DNA of 60,608 nt, the filler included. It is 2 parts of 2 records of this genome, joined end to end, with 100 filler letters (N's around TTAATTAATTAA, not from the genome) between each part and the next. Parts side by side here need not be neighbours in the genome. Positions count along the whole stretch, not along the records: positions 1 to 31,982 come from SRR22947727_2400; 1 more part is not named here. One strand, given 5' to 3'. Made by a program: the position numbers and the translations under genes. The notes beneath the pieces are model-generated. The model saw only the letters and a program-made list of their open reading frames with translations, did not search any database and was not told the origin of the DNA. Of this stretch, positions 11,612-24,731 are shown piece after piece; positions within the stretch are counted from its first letter, which is position 1, and each line of letters starts with the position of its first letter.

Positions 11612-13291
11612 ATGGCTAGCCATCAATATGTTTATGTAATGAACCGCTTAAGCAAGGCATGGCCCGGTGGTAAGGAAGTTCTAAAAAATATCAGCCTGTC
11701 ATTTCTGCCAGGTGCCAAAATTGGCGTTTTGGGTCTGAATGGATCGGGTAAATCAACCTTGCTGAAAATCATGGCTGGAATCGAAACCGAATTTCAGGGT
11801 GAAGCATGGGCTGCCGATGGCATCAAAGTTGGTTATCTGGCGCAAGAACCTGAATTAGATCCATCAATGGATGTGGCCGGTAATGTTCTTGCTGGCATGG
11901 GTCGTGCCAAACAGCTTGTTGACCGGTTTAACGAAGTGAGCGCGAAATTTGCCGAAGAAATGAGCGATGACGAAATGAATGCCGTCATTGCCGAACAGGC
12001 CGAACTGCAGGAAGAAATTGATGCCATTGACGCATGGGATCTAGAACGCAAAGCCGAAATTGCGATGGATGCGCTTCGCGTGCCGCCGGGCGATGCCGAT
12101 GTCACAAAATTATCAGGTGGTGAAAAGCGCCGTGTTGCGCTTTGCCAGCTATTGCTTAGCGCGCCTGACATGCTGCTTCTTGACGAGCCGACAAACCATT
12201 TGGATGCCGAATCTGTCGCATGGCTACAAAAATTCCTTCATGATTTCCCGGGTACCGTTGTCACCATTACGCATGATCGTTATTTCCTTGATGATGTTGC
12301 TGGCTGGATTCTTGAACTCGATCGCGGCGCTGGTATCCCTTATGAGGGGAATTATTCGGGCTGGCTTGAACAAAAGCAAAAACGGCTTGAACAAGAAGGT
12401 CGTGCCGATGATGCGCGGGTGAAATCATTGTCTCGCGAATTGGAATGGGTGCGCGCTGCACCAAAGGCACGTCAGGCCAAATCCAAGGCGCGGATCAATG
12501 CCTATGAAAAGCTGCTTGCTGATGATCAGCAAAAACAGGTTGATGTGGCGCGGATTTCGATTCCGGCTGGCCCACGGCTTGGCGATGTGGTGATCAATGC
12601 CAAAGGGCTTCGCAAGGGGTTTGGCGATCGGCTGTTGATTGATGATTTGTCTTTTCGCCTGCCGCCAGGTGGTATTGTTGGGGTGATTGGCCCGAACGGT
12701 GCAGGTAAAACCACGCTATTCCGCATGATTACCGGCGATGAAGCGGCTGATGAAGGTGATTTTTCCGTTGGTGATACGGTCAAGCTTGGCTATGTCGACC
12801 AGTCGCGTGATGCGTTGGATGACAAACAGACGGTTTGGCAGGTCATTTCAGACGGTATGGAAGAAATCGAACTTGGCAAACGCACCATGCAATCGCGTGC
12901 CTATGTCGGCCAGTTTAATTTCAAGGGCGGCGATCAGCAAAAAACCGTTGGCCAGCTATCAGGTGGTGAGCGCAACAGGGTGCATCTGGCGCGTATGTTG
13001 AAATCAGGCGCCAATCTGCTGCTTCTCGATGAGCCGACAAATGATCTTGATGTTGATACGCTTCGCGCGCTTGAAGAGGCGCTTTTGGAATTTGCTGGCT
13101 GTGCGGTTGTGGTCAGCCACGACCGTTGGTTCCTTGACCGGATTGCAACGCATATTCTGGCCTTTGAAGGCGACAGCCATGTTGAGTGGTTTGAAGGCAA
13201 TTATGAAGCTTATGAGGTGGATAAAAAGCGGCGTCTTGGTGCCGATGCTGATCGGCCAACTCGCATTAAATATAAGCCAATCTCGCGCTAG
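11612..13291 (+). CDS. ettA: Energy-dependent translational throttle protein (ABC-F)
   Basis: Two ABC domains (GLNGSGKS / [21 protein letters not shown]). N-terminus [13 protein letters not shown] and C-terminus FEGNY are EttA-like. No TM segments. Confidence 0.95.
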   Translation: MASHQYVYVMNRLSKAWPGGKEVLKNISLSFLPGAKIGVLGLNGSGKSTLLKIMAGIETEFQGEAWAADGIKVGYLAQEPELDPSMDVAGNVLAGMGRAKQLVDRFNEVSAKFAEEMSDDEMNAVIAEQAELQEEIDAIDAWDLERKAEIAMDALRVPPGDADVTKLSGGEKRRVALCQLLLSAPDMLLLDEPTNHLDAESVAWLQKFLHDFPGTVVTITHDRYFLDDVAGWILELDRGAGIPYEGNYSGWLEQKQKRLEQEGRADDARVKSLSRELEWVRAAPKARQAKSKARINAYEKLLADDQQKQVDVARISIPAGPRLGDVVINAKGLRKGFGDRLLIDDLSFRLPPGGIVGVIGPNGAGKTTLFRMITGDEAADEGDFSVGDTVKLGYVDQSRDALDDKQTVWQVISDGMEEIELGKRTMQSRAYVGQFNFKGGDQQKTVGQLSGGERNRVHLARMLKSGANLLLLDEPTNDLDVDTLRALEEALLEFAGCAVVVSHDRWFLDRIATHILAFEGDSHVEWFEGNYEAYEVDKKRRLGADADRPTRIKYKPISR

Positions 13292-13325
13292 GCAGATGAT
13301 CTAAAAACGCAGATATCACGACATT

Positions 13326-13353
13326 AAAAAGCCAGAATCCTTCGGCTTTTTTT
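13326..13353. terminator. Bidirectional intrinsic terminator between ettA and mlaC
   Basis: AAAAAGCC-AGAATCCTTC-GGCTTTTTTT hairpin between convergent genes. Confidence 0.7.
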
Positions 13354-13374
13354 GTGGCAGATTTTTGGGCAGAT

Positions 13375-14037
13375 TTATGGCGCTTGCTGGCGTTTGCGCA
13401 TTGCCTCAATTAACGCTGAAAACCGGCCGCCATTCTGGCGGATGATGGTGATATTTTCCTGTTTTTGGGTCACCAGCATTGAGATATTCTCGATTTCGAC
13501 ATCCAGAACCTTTGCCGGTGCCATCGCTGGTGTAATGACGCGCCAGCCAACCGATACTGGCGGGCGTTTCCCGGTTGAGTCATTAAATAAACCGCGCACC
13601 AGAACCATCTTGTCGCCCTTGGCCTGACTATCAATTTTGGTAAAGCGCAGACCCGATAATTGATCGAAATTGCGAACAACGGTGCCGATCACAACATCGC
13701 GCATGGTTTGGACATAATCAATGCGTTCCTGTTCATTGGCGGCGCGCCAGTAAGGGCCGGCAGAAAAGCGGGCAATCGCTGGTAAATCAAAATGTGTATC
13801 AAGAAGCTTTGTAATATCTTCAGTTCGTTTTTCAATATTGCCCAAATCTGTTTCCAGATAGGTTTCAACTTGGCTGATCATGCTTGTGATAACATTATTG
13901 GCAGCGGCAATTTGATCGCTGGCACGCGCTGGCAAAGCGGTCAAAAATAGCGGTAATAGACATAGACAAACAAATCCGCTGCGAAGCCAGCCACGCAAAT
14001 CAGAGATCAAAATACCAATTTGGCGTTTGCGTGTCAT
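13375..14037 (-). CDS. mlaC: Phospholipid-binding periplasmic protein MlaC/Ttg2D
   Basis: Signal peptide, FDLPAIARFSAGPYWR, DVEIENISML. Directly downstream of mlaA. Confidence 0.85.
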   Translation of the reverse strand: MTRKRQIGILISDLRGWLRSGFVCLCLLPLFLTALPARASDQIAAANNVITSMISQVETYLETDLGNIEKRTEDITKLLDTHFDLPAIARFSAGPYWRAANEQERIDYVQTMRDVVIGTVVRNFDQLSGLRFTKIDSQAKGDKMVLVRGLFNDSTGKRPPVSVGWRVITPAMAPAKVLDVEIENISMLVTQKQENITIIRQNGGRFSALIEAMRKRQQAP

Positions 14038-14810
14038 TTCGGATCCTCAAGGAATGATTCAAACTGGTCATCAGCGGTGCGATTATCGGTTGGTTTGCCA
14101 ACCGTGGCATTGATGCGGCCAGCCCGCCCCTGATAATAAAGCGAGCGGGTGCGGGCATAGGGGTCAAGCGAATTATATTTCACATCATTAAAGGCCTCGA
14201 ACAGATTAGCCCGCATTGAAACAGCCGCAACTGGCGGGCGCAATGTCTGCATTGTCTGGACAGCATCACCGGCTTTTATAAACGACATCGGGTTGGTTAC
14301 CGAATCAACAACGCGGCCGGTCAGGCTTCGGCTGGTGTTCGGACCAAGAACAGGCACCATCAGATAATTGCCTTCAGGCACATCAAGCGATGCCAAGGTC
14401 TGGCCAAAATCCTGACTTTTGACCGCCTTTGGATCTTCGGTCAGGTCAACCAGTCCCAGTGTCAGGCTGTTGACGATAAAATGCACTGTCGACAGACCCG
14501 CATTTTCAAACCGCCCCTGCAAAGTTGAATTGAAGGTCGTGGCTGGAAGGCCTGTCCAGTCAATATGGTTATCAATGGCGCGGCGTCCGGCTGGCGGCAT
14601 GACATTGCGATAGCCATTGGCGGCGGGTTCCAAAATATGCGTATCAAGATCCGTGTTAAAGGCAAAGGCTTTGCGATTTGATCCTTCATACGGGTCGCGT
14701 GCATCCGTTTTTTCGGCGTCTGGAACAGAACTGCATGCCGCCAAAAGTAAGATAGCCGCAAAGGGGGCGGCTGAAATGCGGTTCCGGCTGCGTTTTAATA
14801 AGGCAAACAT
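14034..14810 (-). CDS. mlaA: VacJ/MlaA lipoprotein
   Basis: Lipobox LAAC, DPYEGSNR, DFGQTL, YLMVPVLGP, DPY. Confidence 0.92.
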   Translation of the reverse strand: MFALLKRSRNRISAAPFAAILLLAACSSVPDAEKTDARDPYEGSNRKAFAFNTDLDTHILEPAANGYRNVMPPAGRRAIDNHIDWTGLPATTFNSTLQGRFENAGLSTVHFIVNSLTLGLVDLTEDPKAVKSQDFGQTLASLDVPEGNYLMVPVLGPNTSRSLTGRVVDSVTNPMSFIKAGDAVQTMQTLRPPVAAVSMRANLFEAFNDVKYNSLDPYARTRSLYYQGRAGRINATVGKPTDNRTADDQFESFLEDPK

Positions 14811-14987
14811 AGCTGTCCATTCATGGGTTGCGGAGTTCGTTCTTCAACATATCGCAATAAAGGTTGAATGCAAAAATAATTCGGCATTTTGCGAATAGCA
14901 ATCTGGCAAAATTATGAAAAAATAAGTGACCAAAGACATCGCATTGCGATTGACCCACCCATCTGCATTTGCGAGTTTGAACACATC

Positions 14988-17240
14988 ATGAACGAACTTG
15001 TAAAAACACCAGCCAGCCCATGGCTTGATGGGCTTAATACGGCACAAAGCGAAGCTGTGAAAACCCTTGATGGGCCATTGCTGGTTTTGTCGGGTGCCGG
15101 TACCGGTAAAACGCGTGTTTTGACCTCGCGCCTTGCTGAATTGGTTGCCAGCGGTACCGCAAAGCCGTGGAATATTCTGGCAGTGACCTTTACCAACAAG
15201 GCTGCACGCGAGATGAAATTGCGCGTTGCTGGTCTGGTTGGGCCGATGGCCGAGCAAGTATGGCTTGGCACCTTTCATGCGCTTGCTGCCAAAATGTTGC
15301 GCCGCCATGCCGATCTTGTTGGTTTGCGGTCTGATTTTACCATTCTCGATACCGATGATCAGATCAGACTGCTGAAACAATTGATGGAAGCCGAAGATAT
15401 CGATCCCAAACGCTGGCCAGCGCGGATGCTTGGCGGGGTGATTTCGCGGTGGAAAGACCGCGGCCTGACGCCAGAAAAAGTGGGGCTCGCCGAGGCAGGT
15501 GATATTGCCAATGGCCGTGTTCGGTCGCTTTATGAACGCTATCAAAAGCGCCTTATTACATTGAATGCTGTCGATTTTGGTGATTTGCTGCTTCATATGC
15601 TGAGCATTTTCACCACCCATGCCGATGTTTTGGCCGATTATCAAAACCGCATCACCCACATTATGGTTGATGAATATCAAGATACGAATGTTTCGCAATA
15701 TCTTTGGTTGCGGCTATTGACCGGCAACCGGAACAATCTTTGCTGTGTTGGCGATGATGATCAGTCGATCTATGGCTGGCGTGGTGCCGAAGTTGGCAAT
15801 ATTCTACGCTTTGAAAGCGACTTCAGCGGTGCCAAGACGGTTCGGCTTGAAGAAAATTACCGGTCAACCGGTCATATTCTGGCAGCGGCGTCCAAAATCA
15901 TTGCGCGTAATGAAACGCGGCTTGGCAAAACCTTATATACATCGGCGGATGACGGCGAAAAACTGCGGGTCAATGGCTATTGGGATGGGCCTGACGAGGC
16001 GCGAAATATCGCCAGCCAGATTGAAACAATGATGAAAGATGGCGTTCATCTCTCGCAAATTGCCGTTCTGGTTCGGGCCGGATTTCAAACCCGTGAATTT
16101 GAAGAACGGTTTATCGCGATTGGCCTTCCTTATCGGGTGGTTGGTGCGCGGTTTTATGAACGCGCAGAAATTCGCGATGCCATTGCCTATTTGCGGCTTA
16201 TCGCACAACCCGCCGATGATTTGGCGTTCGAGCGGATTATCAATACGCCGAAACGCGGCCTTGGCACGGCTAGCTTACAGGCGGTTCATATTCAGGCGCG
16301 GTCGTCGGACAAGCCGCTTTTGGCGGCGGCGATTGATCTTGTGCAAACCGAAGAATTGCGCCCTGCGGCGCGTCATGCGCTTGGTAGTTTTGTGCAGGAT
16401 ATCAAACGTTGGCGCGATCTTGCCGGATCAACGCATCACGCTGATCTGGCCAAAATGGTGCTTGATGAGTCGGGCTATACGCAAATGTGGCAGCTTGATA
16501 AATCGCCTGATGCCGAAGGCCGGCTGGAAAATTTGACCGAATTAATCAATGCGATGCAGGATTTTGACTCGCTGCAGGGGTTTTTGGAACATATCGCACT
16601 TGTTACCGATGGTGATGCCGATCCTGAACATGGCGAGGTGACGCTGATGACGCTTCATGCGGCAAAAGGGCTGGAATTTGATGCGGTGTTTTTACCCGGC
16701 TGGGAAGAAGGTGTTTTCCCAAGCCAGCGCACGATGGATGAAAATGGCGCTGTTGGTCTCGAAGAAGAACGCCGTTTGGCCTATGTCGGCATCACCCGGG
16801 CGCGGCGTGATCTTTTCATCAGCTTTGCCAATAGCCGGCGGATTCATGGCCAATGGCAATCGTCAATTCCATCACGCTTTGTTCAGGAATTGCCGCCCGA
16901 AAATATCATTGAAGATAGGGAACAAGGCATGGGTCTTGGCCGTGTGACCGCGGCCCGGCTTGGTGATGCGTTGGGTACAAATGGCTTTGGCGCGAATGGC
17001 GGCTATGGGGCTGGCGGCTATGGTGCGGGGTGGCGACGGATGGCGGCGCGGCGCGCCGAACCGGCTGAGGGCAATTGGGAGCCAGCCAATAACAAGACCG
17101 AATTTACAACCGGCGACCGTGTGTTTCACCAGAAATTTGGCATGGGCAATATTTTGACAATTGATGGAGACAAGCTATTGATTGCGTTTGATAAAGCAGG
17201 CCATAAAAAAGTGGTTTCAGGATTTGTGAGCAAGCCATGA
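14988..17240 (+). CDS. uvrD: ATP-dependent DNA helicase UvrD/PcrA
   Basis: GAGTGKT, TFTNKAA, VDEYQD, VGDDDQSIYGWRGA, TLHAAKGLEF, EERRLAYV, C-terminal Tudor-like GDRVFHQKFG. Confidence 0.95.
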   Translation: MNELVKTPASPWLDGLNTAQSEAVKTLDGPLLVLSGAGTGKTRVLTSRLAELVASGTAKPWNILAVTFTNKAAREMKLRVAGLVGPMAEQVWLGTFHALAAKMLRRHADLVGLRSDFTILDTDDQIRLLKQLMEAEDIDPKRWPARMLGGVISRWKDRGLTPEKVGLAEAGDIANGRVRSLYERYQKRLITLNAVDFGDLLLHMLSIFTTHADVLADYQNRITHIMVDEYQDTNVSQYLWLRLLTGNRNNLCCVGDDDQSIYGWRGAEVGNILRFESDFSGAKTVRLEENYRSTGHILAAASKIIARNETRLGKTLYTSADDGEKLRVNGYWDGPDEARNIASQIETMMKDGVHLSQIAVLVRAGFQTREFEERFIAIGLPYRVVGARFYERAEIRDAIAYLRLIAQPADDLAFERIINTPKRGLGTASLQAVHIQARSSDKPLLAAAIDLVQTEELRPAARHALGSFVQDIKRWRDLAGSTHHADLAKMVLDESGYTQMWQLDKSPDAEGRLENLTELINAMQDFDSLQGFLEHIALVTDGDADPEHGEVTLMTLHAAKGLEFDAVFLPGWEEGVFPSQRTMDENGAVGLEEERRLAYVGITRARRDLFISFANSRRIHGQWQSSIPSRFVQELPPENIIEDREQGMGLGRVTAARLGDALGTNGFGANGGYGAGGYGAGWRRMAARRAEPAEGNWEPANNKTEFTTGDRVFHQKFGMGNILTIDGDKLLIAFDKAGHKKVVSGFVSKP

Positions 17241-18163
17241 CCGCACTTCAATCCGTCGTTTTAACCCTGCCGGCGCGGCTTGATGATCGGGCAATGGCTG
17301 CCTTTGAAGGTGTTTTTAGCGAGCTTTTAGACAGCGCCGCCACATCATTCCAGCGCGATGATGCTGGCAATTGGCAGATCGAAGCCCTGTTCACATTCAC
17401 CCCTGATGCAGCCATGATTGATCAGATGCTGGCACCGCTTTATCAGCATGAATCGATTACTCCAGTGCCAATCACCGTATTACCGGTTGAGCAGCGCGAT
17501 TGGCTTGCCGAAAATCGTGCTGCCTTTCCGCCATTGCATATTGGCCGTTTCTGGGTTTATGGAAGTCATGTCACCACGCCCCGTCCGGCGGCGAGTCTAC
17601 CTTTGTTGATTGATGCTGCCTTGGCCTTTGGTTCGGGAACGCATCCGACAACCGAAGGCTGTTTGCGCGCCATACAGATGATCCGGCGCATTGCCCCGCG
17701 GCGGGTTCTCGATATGGGCTGTGGGTCGGCAATTCTGGCGATGGCGGCATCGCGGCTTTGGCCATCCTGCCAGACAATTGCGGCTGATAATGATCCGGTT
17801 GCGGTTCGGGTTGCGGCGCATAATCGGGCGCTGAATGCCATTGCACCGGTCAAAATGCGGCTTGCCGTTTCGCAAGGATTTGGCAGTCGCATTGTTTGCA
17901 ACCACGCGCCCTATGATTTGGTGCTTGCCAATATTCTGGCAGGGCCGCTATGCCGGATGGCACCCGATCTTGCGCCGCGATTAGCCAAGGGTGGGTGGCT
18001 TATTTTGTCAGGTATCCTAAATGGACAGGCAACCGCGGTTGAGGGGGCCTATCGGCAACAGCGGCTTCGTGTGTGGCACCGAATCCGGATTGGTGATTGG
18101 ACAACAATCATCATGCGGCCATCGGCAGCAGGCACAATGCCGCAATTATGGGGCGAACGGTGA
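17237..18163 (+). CDS. prmA: Ribosomal protein L11 methyltransferase
   Basis: AFGSGTHPTT, LDMGCGSAIL, ANILA, LILSGIL. Confidence 0.9.
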   Translation: MTALQSVVLTLPARLDDRAMAAFEGVFSELLDSAATSFQRDDAGNWQIEALFTFTPDAAMIDQMLAPLYQHESITPVPITVLPVEQRDWLAENRAAFPPLHIGRFWVYGSHVTTPRPAASLPLLIDAALAFGSGTHPTTEGCLRAIQMIRRIAPRRVLDMGCGSAILAMAASRLWPSCQTIAADNDPVAVRVAAHNRALNAIAPVKMRLAVSQGFGSRIVCNHAPYDLVLANILAGPLCRMAPDLAPRLAKGGWLILSGILNGQATAVEGAYRQQRLRVWHRIRIGDWTTIIMRPSAAGTMPQLWGER

Positions 18164-19932
18164 GCCAGCAGGATCAAACCCGCGCCAAGCGGTTAGAAAC
18201 GCTGCGCAGCTCAATGGCTGCGGCTGGATTTGATGGCTGGATTATTGGCCGCGAAGATATGTATCAGGGCGAAGAAGTGCCAGCCGGTGATGAACGGCTT
18301 GCCTATTTGTCCGGATTTACCGGATCGGCTGGCTTTGCGGTGGTGCTTGGCGATCGGGCAGGGTTGTTTAGTGATGGCCGCTATAGTTTGCAAATGCCCG
18401 CACAAACCAATTCGGCCGATTGGGATTGCAACACAATCCCCGATGTGACATGCGAAGATTGGCTGAAAACAGCAGGGCTAGCCAATGGTGCAATCATTGC
18501 CATTGACGGCAGGTTGGTCACGGTTTCAGGCTTTAGGCGTTTTGAGAAATCGGTTCTTGCCGCGGGTGGAACGCTTGTTTGTCACCATGAAAACCTGCTT
18601 GATCAGCAATGGCATGATCGTCCTGCTTTGCCGCCAGCGGCAAGCTGGCAGATGCCGATTGAAAATGCCGGTAAGTCACTTGCCGAAAAGAGCGATGATC
18701 TTGCCGCCCATCTTGATGCCAAGGGTTGTGCTGCGGTTCTGCTGACGCGGGTGGATTCGGTGAATTGGCTGGTGAATATGCGAGGCGGGGATTTGCCCTG
18801 TACACCGGTCAATCTATGTTTTGCGCTGTATCACCGCGAAACCGGCCTTTGCCTTTTGGGTGATCAATCGCGCCTCCAGCCGGTTTTAACGCCTGATATC
18901 ACCGTTGCGCCTTTGACTCAATTACCGGCAATGCTTGGTGATATGGGTGATGGCCGTTTGATGATTGAAGCGGCCAGCCTTCCCAAAATGCTGTTTGAAC
19001 AGATTGTGGCAAGCGGTGTGCAAACATGTGAGGCTGATTGCCCGCTGACCATTGAAAAAGCCCGCAAAACATCGGCTGAATTGCGCGGGTTTCGCGCCGC
19101 GCACCAGCGTGATGGTGTGGCGATGGTTGAATTTTTATGTTGGCTTGATCAGGCGGCATCCACTCCGTTTTCTAGCATTACCGAAAGTGACCTTGCCGAC
19201 AAATTACTGGCGTTTCGCCAACGGCAAGACGGGTTTCTGGCACCAAGCTTTAACACCATTGCCGGATCAGGCCCGAATGGTGCCATTGTTCATTATCGGG
19301 CCATTGCAGGGGTGGATCGCGAATTGGCAAGCGATGATCTTTTATTGTTGGATTCGGGCGGCCATTACCGTGATGGTACGACAGATATTACCCGCACCAT
19401 CGCTATTGGAACACCGCCCAAAGGCGCGATTGCGGCCTACAGCCATGTTTTACAAAGCCATATTCATTTGTCCATGGCGAAATTTCCAACAGGCACGAAC
19501 GGCAAGCAGCTAGATGCGATTGCGCGCGCGCCGCTATGGGCGGCGGGGCTGGATTTTGCCCATGGCACCGGTCATGGTGTTGGTCATGTTCTATCGGTTC
19601 ATGAAGGGCCTGCCAGCATTTCCAAACGCGGTGACGTGGCGCTTGAAGCGGGCATGGTTTTATCGAATGAGCCGGGCTATTATCAAACAGGTGATTGGGG
19701 CATTCGGATTGAAAATCTGATCGTTGTGACACCAGCAAAACAAACCGGGTTTCTGGAATTTGAAACCATCACCCTTTGCCCGCTTGATCACCGTCTGATT
19801 GATAAAACGTTGCTTGTTGCTGACGAGATAGGCTGGATTGACCACTATCATCGAGCGGTTTACGAACAATTGCACCCGCATCTATCACCAATAGCCAAAT
19901 CATGGTTAGAAGCCGCCTGCCGGCCGCTATAG
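18160..19932 (+). CDS. Xaa-Pro aminopeptidase (M24B)
   Basis: SGFTGSAG, DSGGHY, GTTDITRT, HGTGHGVG, VHEGP, EPGYY, GIRIEN. GTG start overlaps prmA stop (GTGA). Confidence 0.92.
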   Translation: MSQQDQTRAKRLETLRSSMAAAGFDGWIIGREDMYQGEEVPAGDERLAYLSGFTGSAGFAVVLGDRAGLFSDGRYSLQMPAQTNSADWDCNTIPDVTCEDWLKTAGLANGAIIAIDGRLVTVSGFRRFEKSVLAAGGTLVCHHENLLDQQWHDRPALPPAASWQMPIENAGKSLAEKSDDLAAHLDAKGCAAVLLTRVDSVNWLVNMRGGDLPCTPVNLCFALYHRETGLCLLGDQSRLQPVLTPDITVAPLTQLPAMLGDMGDGRLMIEAASLPKMLFEQIVASGVQTCEADCPLTIEKARKTSAELRGFRAAHQRDGVAMVEFLCWLDQAASTPFSSITESDLADKLLAFRQRQDGFLAPSFNTIAGSGPNGAIVHYRAIAGVDRELASDDLLLLDSGGHYRDGTTDITRTIAIGTPPKGAIAAYSHVLQSHIHLSMAKFPTGTNGKQLDAIARAPLWAAGLDFAHGTGHGVGHVLSVHEGPASISKRGDVALEAGMVLSNEPGYYQTGDWGIRIENLIVVTPAKQTGFLEFETITLCPLDHRLIDKTLLVADEIGWIDHYHRAVYEQLHPHLSPIAKSWLEAACRPL

Positions 19933-19948
19933 ATTAAACGACACTGGT

Positions 19949-19976
19949 AGGGCGATAGTGGCAGGGCGATAGCGGC
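19949..19976. repeat. 14-bp tandem direct repeat (13/14 identical) between convergent genes
   Basis: AGGGCGATAGTGGC AGGGCGATAGCGGC. Confidence 0.6.
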
Positions 19977-19982
19977 AAGATG

Positions 19983-22082
<2,100 letters not shown>

Positions 22083-23744
22083 CTAGCCCTCAAGCAGCGC
22101 CGCGGCGGCGGCTCGGGCTTCGGCGGTGACGGTTTCGCCGGCAAGCATGCGCGCGATTTCTTCGGTTCTTTCATCTTCACTTAAGGCGCGTGTGGCGCTG
22201 ATAACGCCGCTATCAGTGGCGGTTTTGGCAATGCGCAAATGCTGGTTGGCGCGGGCGGCCACTTGCGGTGAATGTGTGATGACAAGGGTTTGTGTGCTGG
22301 CACCAAGGCGGGCTAACCGATCACCAACCGCAGCGGCAACCGCGCCGCCAACACCTGAATCGACCTCATCGAAAATCAGGCTTCGCGGATGACTGCTTTC
22401 TTCCAAACAAACTTTGAGCGCAAGCAAGAAGCGGGCTAATTCACCACCTGAGGCAATGCGGTCAATTGGCCCTGCATTCATGCCTTCATTGGTGCTGGCT
22501 TCAAAGCGGACGGCGGTGGTGCCGCGCGGCCCCCATTGGGTATCATCAAGTGGGGTGATGGCGGTGGTAAATCGCGCGCCATCAAGTTTGAGAGGTGGCA
22601 ATTCGGCAAGCACGGCCTGATCAAGATTGATGGCCGCTTTCTTGCGGCTGGCATCAAGCTGGCCTGACATATCCAGATAGTAATCCTGCCATTTTTGGGC
22701 TGTCTCACCAAGTTTGCCAAGCATGCCCGATGAATCTTCAATGGCGGCAAGTCTGCTTGCCAATGTTTGGTGGATTGCTGGCAAATCATCAAGGCCACAA
22801 TCATGTTTGCGCGCCTGTTGACGTAATTCATGAATCCGGTCATCAAGCTGTTGTAGCAGGTTAGGATCGGCCTCAAGCGCATGTCCGGCCGATTGGATGG
22901 CGCTGTTCGCCTCGCTAAGTTCGGCATCAGCGCGTGCCAATGCGTCAAGCGCCTGATCAAGCTTGCCACCAGCAAGCGGTGCAACCTTTTCCAATGCAGC
23001 CAAGGCACGGCCAAGACCTGCTCGTGCGCCAAGCTCGCCAAAAACTGCATCTTCAGCCAAAGACAGGCTTTCACCAATTTTCGAGACATTCGCCAGAAGG
23101 GTGCGTTGGGCGATCAGGCTGTCTTCTTCGCCGATTTCGGGGGCAAGCTGGTCAAGCGCGTCAACCGCGTCACGAAGCCAGTCTTCCTCGGCCTTGGCTT
23201 TGACAAGCGCATCACGCGCCGCCTCAAGCGCTTTGCGGGCGATATCCCATTGCTGCCAGCCTTCTTTGGTTTTGGCCAGTAAATCACGATGCCCCGCGGC
23301 GCGATCAAGAAGCGTCATATGTGTCGAAATATCCAAAAGGCCGCGCCCTTCGAACTGGCCTTGGATTTCAACAAGTAAATCACCAACCTGGCGCAATAGC
23401 CCAACCGATACGGCGATGTCATTAATGCTGGCGGATGATTTGCCGTCACTTTTCAGGCGACGGCGTAGGATTATCTCATCTTCTTGGATGATGCCTGCCT
23501 CTTCGACAAGTTGCCATGCTGGATGATTTGCCGGAAGCGCAAAGCTGGCACTGACATGGGCTTGGTTATGTCCCTGCCGGATCAGGCCAAAATCGGCGCG
23601 GCTGCCAAGTGCCAGTCCCAACGCATCAAGCAAAATCGATTTGCCAGCACCGGTTTCGCCAGTCAGCACCGTCAGCCCCGGTGCGAATTGCAAGGTCGAT
23701 TGCTCGATCAGGACGATGTTGGAAACAGTAAGGCTTTGCAGCAT
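22083..23744 (-). CDS. recN: DNA repair protein RecN
   Basis: TGETGAGKS, coiled coil, ASGGELAR, IFDEVDSG, ITHSPQVA. Confidence 0.97.
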   Translation of the reverse strand: MLQSLTVSNIVLIEQSTLQFAPGLTVLTGETGAGKSILLDALGLALGSRADFGLIRQGHNQAHVSASFALPANHPAWQLVEEAGIIQEDEIILRRRLKSDGKSSASINDIAVSVGLLRQVGDLLVEIQGQFEGRGLLDISTHMTLLDRAAGHRDLLAKTKEGWQQWDIARKALEAARDALVKAKAEEDWLRDAVDALDQLAPEIGEEDSLIAQRTLLANVSKIGESLSLAEDAVFGELGARAGLGRALAALEKVAPLAGGKLDQALDALARADAELSEANSAIQSAGHALEADPNLLQQLDDRIHELRQQARKHDCGLDDLPAIHQTLASRLAAIEDSSGMLGKLGETAQKWQDYYLDMSGQLDASRKKAAINLDQAVLAELPPLKLDGARFTTAITPLDDTQWGPRGTTAVRFEASTNEGMNAGPIDRIASGGELARFLLALKVCLEESSHPRSLIFDEVDSGVGGAVAAAVGDRLARLGASTQTLVITHSPQVAARANQHLRIAKTATDSGVISATRALSEDERTEEIARMLAGETVTAEARAAAAALLEG

Positions 23745-23746
23745 GG

Positions 23747-24559
23747 TCAGTTAAAAATATTGGTAATCACGTCAAAGGATCGCTCAAACATGCCCTTTTC
23801 TGGGGGCTGTTCTGGGGCGGCACGCAAACTGGCCAGCCGTTCTGTCCAGACGGATTCCGGATAGTTATATTGGGCAACCTGATAAAGACGCTCGGATTGA
23901 TCGGAAAGGCCAAGCGCATAATAGGCTTCGGCAGTCCGGTATATGGCTTCAGGTACCTGATTGGTGGTGTCATAGGCCTTGATCACGATATTAAACCGGC
24001 GGATCGCGGCGGTATATTGCTCGCGCTCCAGATAAAACCGGCCAACCGCCATTTCCTTGCCCGCAAGATGCGATTTTGTCAGGTCGATTTTCAACTGTCC
24101 GTCACGAGCATAGCTGCCCTCGGGAAAGCGGCGAACCAGCTCTTCAAAGGCGGCAAGTGACAATTTGGTCATTTCCGCATCGCGCTCGACATCGACAATC
24201 TGTTCGTAATAGCTCAAGGCCTTCAGGTAATAGGCATATTCAACCATCGGGTCGGCTGGGTTTAGCTCGGCAAACCGATCAAGTGCTGAAATGGCACGGG
24301 CATATTGATTAGCCTCATAAAATGACCATGCCGCCATGATCTGGGCACGGGTGGCTAGTTCGGAATAGGGGTGCTGGCGCTCAACTTCTTCAAATTTGGG
24401 TGCAGCCGCTTTTGGGTCACCGCCAATGGCCGTATTCAACGCATCACGATATAAAACATCAACCGGCTGTTCGACCTGTTCAACAATTTCGGGGCTGGCT
24501 GAACATGCAGCGACAAGACAGCAGGCGGCAAACATCAGGATTTTCTTTTGACTGGTCAC
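23747..24559 (-). CDS. bamD: Outer membrane assembly lipoprotein BamD
   Basis: Lipobox VAAC, TPR motifs (ERQHPYS, LAGKEMAVGRFY). Conserved lpxC-bamD-recN-ligA order. Confidence 0.92.
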   Translation of the reverse strand: MTSQKKILMFAACCLVAACSASPEIVEQVEQPVDVLYRDALNTAIGGDPKAAAPKFEEVERQHPYSELATRAQIMAAWSFYEANQYARAISALDRFAELNPADPMVEYAYYLKALSYYEQIVDVERDAEMTKLSLAAFEELVRRFPEGSYARDGQLKIDLTKSHLAGKEMAVGRFYLEREQYTAAIRRFNIVIKAYDTTNQVPEAIYRTAEAYYALGLSDQSERLYQVAQYNYPESVWTERLASLRAAPEQPPEKGMFERSFDVITNIFN

Positions 24560-24731
24560 ATCCGGCTCCGCTGGCGGCTTTCGATAAAGATGGAAGGGAT
24601 AGACAAATCCCGATAGTCCTCACAATAGCCCGATAAAAGCTTACTGAAAAGAGCGCGATGTGAATGCTAGCATATTCACAAAAATTTGCATGGATTTTAG
24701 GCTGTTTTGTCAGATATAAGCTGGTGTCTGC

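Noticed and set aside
11324-11626. 100-aa minus-strand ORF upstream of ettA
   Set aside because: It overlaps the ettA start region and has no recognisable features. At most a shorter downstream part might be coding.
14844-15698. Long antisense and alternative-frame ORFs over housekeeping genes (e.g. 284 aa opposite uvrD)
   Set aside because: Typical shadow ORFs of moderately GC-rich coding DNA with no recognisable motifs.
16998-17030. GGYGAGGYGAG repeat in UvrD
   Set aside because: Ordinary flexible linker before the C-terminal Tudor-like domain.
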